A stretch of DNA of 63,872 bases, the filler included, from Reticulomyxa filosa (lineage: Eukaryota > Protista > Foraminifera), in NCBI GenBank assembly GCA_000512085.1. It is 20 parts of 20 records of this genome, joined end to end, with 100 filler letters (N's around TTAATTAATTAA, not from the genome) between each part and the next. Parts side by side here need not be neighbours in the genome. Positions count along the whole stretch, not along the records: positions 60,310 to 61,489 come from ASPP01039049.1; positions 61,590 to 62,695 come from ASPP01004682.1; positions 62,796 to 63,872 come from ASPP01044367.1; 17 more parts are not named here. One strand, given 5' to 3'. The notes beneath the pieces are model-generated. The model was not told where the DNA came from. It ran no database searches and saw nothing but the letters and a program-made list of their open reading frames with translations. The first letter of the stretch is position 1, and every line of letters begins with the position of its first letter. Shown one piece after another: positions 61,323 to 63,872 of this stretch. The position numbers were made by a program, and so were the translations under genes.

Positions 61323-63872
61323 GCTAATTCATGTGCACGCATTGGAACACTGTCTTTTTTTTCTTTGTGTTGTGTTTTGTGGCATGGTGCTATTTCGTTT
61401 TTGTTATCTTTGCAAGCATGTGTATTAAAGGACTATCCTTTCTTAACGATATTGCTAAGATTCATCATTTATAATTTTTTTTTATGCACNNNNNNNNNNN
61501 NNNNNNNNNNNNNNNNNNNNNNNNNNNNNNNNNTTAATTAATTAANNNNNNNNNNNNNNNNNNNNNNNNNNNNNNNNNNNNNNNNNNNNAAGTGTTCTTA
61601 CAAAATAATGCGTCCCTCCCAAAAAAAATAATGTGTTTTTTTGACAAGCTATTGTATACGTTGTTTCCCCCCTTAGCAACTACTTTTTCATCATCTACGC
61701 AAAAAAAATAAAATTATTTGTCAATTCGATCCCTCCTCCTGGAATGTTCAAGAAATCATAATTTTGTTTAAATATTTTTGCTGCAATGATGACAAGCAGC
61801 TTTTTTTAAGTACTGATGAAGATTTGCATACCAAATATCATCTGATTGATAGTATGTACATTTGCCTGTGCTTTTCCTCTGTTTTCTTGTATTCAATATC
61901 AGATCTTTTTCCTGTTGATGATAATTCCAAAAAAGCGGAACTTTTCAACTTCAATCCAAATTGAATAATTGCTACTTTTGTTATGCTTTGCTTTTTAGAA
62001 TCCTTTTTTATAAGAGAGCCAGTGTTCTGATAGTCAAGGAATTGAAGTGTTAGATTTGAAATGAGATTGATCACAATAAGGTGATAAAGAACACATAAAA
62101 ACATGACCCTGCTAAACGAATTGAATCAAACAACGAAAAAATTGATATCCTCTCTTGACTGTGAAGATAGATGTACATGCCGACCTGAATGTTGCCAATG
62201 TCAGGAGAGGCCACAATAAGCAAGCGTACTTGTTTTGGCCGTGATGACGGCATCTCTTTTTCAATGATGTTGTTTTGGTTGTATTGGATTTACACTGATT
62301 GTTTTCTTTCTTTTTTGGCAGCTGTTGCATTTTGCAGAGGAACGTTGGCGAAGAAACGCTCCATATTGTCTACGTTTGGCTTGTTAGGCTGTTTGAAGAG
62401 AGAAGAGCTTAGCCACATTCGTAAAGCACAAGAGAACTTTTTCTAAAAAGGGAAATCTTTTTTCTTCAGTAGAAAAATCATTACCAAGGAAAAATAATTA
62501 ATCATTACAAAAAACAATTTTGATTTTCAATTATCTGTAATTAATCCTTTTTTTTGAAGCACAATTGTAGAAGTACTATACAAAAATTTAATAATTATTT
62601 TTTCAAATTTTTTTGTAAAAAATGTCAAAATACTCCAAAAAATTGCAAATTTGCATCTTTTTTGTAAACATTTATGAGTTGTGAATTATGTCTTANNNNN
62701 NNNNNNNNNNNNNNNNNNNNNNNNNNNNNNNNNNNNNNNTTAATTAATTAANNNNNNNNNNNNNNNNNNNNNNNNNNNNNNNNNNNNNNNNNNNNAAAAA
62801 AAAGTTTTCGTTTGATTTGTTTTCATAAACAGGAATTTGTTCGTCTTTGCTAATACTACAAAGTTAGTACATTTCTTTTTTGTGTAGAAGCAAATATGTT
62901 TGGAACGGTTTAAAGCTGGGTATTAACAGCTTGACTAACACTCAGAAAAAAAACGTACCTTTATTTTCGGAACGTCTTCTTAATATCATAAGACTGTTAA
63001 ATGACCTACATCAAGCTATTTTAAAATGGTGATTGTATTTTCTTGTTATTAAAAAAAATGATGTGTTTTTTTAGAGTTGCGAAGCGGTTAAAGAGTGAAA
63101 AACTGAAACCATAATTAATTGATAATTTTTTCTTTGATTTATGCAGGTGAAAAATTGTTTTTTCAAATTTTTGATACTTTTATCAAATAGTGATATTATT
63201 TTGTTTTGCTTTTTTAATAAAAGTTTAATCAAACTAATACACTTAGTAAAACTCATAAACAACAATAAAAAGCACAGCGCTTGAATATTACACGGTTCGA
63301 CTTGAATAACTAAACTATATTTTAATTGAACGAGTGGTATTATGGATATCATCAACGACTAAATGAGGAGACATTAAAGCGGCATACATGTTGGAGGCGG
63401 AAGACGATAAAGCATCGTCAGATTTTTTATGTTTGATTTGGGTTGAACATTTTCCAATCGATTTTGTGGTGGGAATAATTTGCTGAATGTTTCATGTCCC
63501 AACAAAGAGTGCAATGAGTGCATGTCGGTGCCAACAATGACACTAATTCCTTCGCTTTGCAACTTGGACAGGACATTGTCGTCAGCGAAACACTGAGTGA
63601 GGAGGACATCAAAGACTTGCGGATAAATCGAGCGTGTTTGTGATCAATGACATGATGTTGATTTTCAACGTGATTAACTAAAAGAGGCAGTGCTACACTC
63701 CAATGGACAATCTCCAAAGCCAGCAATGGTGGATCTAGTGTCGACCAAAGCGACTCTTGCACGTTCGCTAATGATCCGAGTCAGTTCCCTCGTAATGTCC
63801 GCCTTTTTCGGCCGTGTTCGGATCCAACTGCTGTCTGCGTTTTGTCCGACAATGTGCGAAAGTCTTGCATGA

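Larger units (their letters stand above)
3610..62795. other. 19 artificial contig-joining spacers (N44-TTAATTAATTAA-N44, 100 nt each) starting at 3610, 6008, 7289, 9184, 10389, 12267, 16422, 18308, 19832, 21435, 24322, 27934, 29250, 30528, 49024, 58300, 60210, 61490, 62696
   Basis: The same 100-nt block recurs each time and TTAATTAATTAA gives stops in all six frames. Genes are cut at these points, so adjacency across spacers has no biological meaning. Confidence 0.99.

Noticed and set aside
3610-62795. Regularly recurring TTAATTAATTAA palindrome flanked by Ns, superficially like a repeat array or CRISPR
   Set aside because: It is an artificial six-frame-stop linker between contigs.
63374-63640. 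FADD string (QCFADDNVL) in a minus-strand frame, resembling an RT motif
   Set aside because: No other RT motifs (DF..AF, QG) are nearby; the fragment is unassignable.

Overview
This is AT-rich, intron-containing eukaryotic DNA. It is not one continuous locus: 20 short contigs are joined by 19 artificial 100-nt spacers (N44-TTAATTAATTAA-N44). The gene content points to a foraminiferan (Rhizaria), probably Reticulomyxa filosa or a relative (inference from a divergent 'MVREIV' type-2-like beta-tubulin, expanded Kelch/WD40 families and caspase-like TPR genes). Housekeeping genes or fragments include a GBF1-like ARF-GEF, SDHC, beta-tubulin, an RRM protein, a PTGES2-like protein, a CBS protein, an MFSD1-like transporter, kinesin-2, Rad1, MsrA, an ELO elongase and a class II aldolase. 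Many carry 1-nt indels in homopolymer runs. The most notable feature is on contig 49124-58299: an intronless, GC-richer, CRE-clade non-LTR retrotransposon (C2H2 zinc finger, RT, CCHC, restriction-like endonuclease). Its upstream, overlapping ORF encodes a zinc-finger plus kinesin motor-like domain. A single -1 shift would join the two ORFs into one ~1691-aa kinesin-RT-endonuclease protein. The unit is bracketed by a 58-bp direct repeat. Next to it lies an inverted, decayed paralog of the kinesin ORF, enclosed by 28-bp inverted repeats. Other unusual proteins are a globin-RGS fusion, a lamin-like coiled coil and a PB1-caspase-like-TPR protein.
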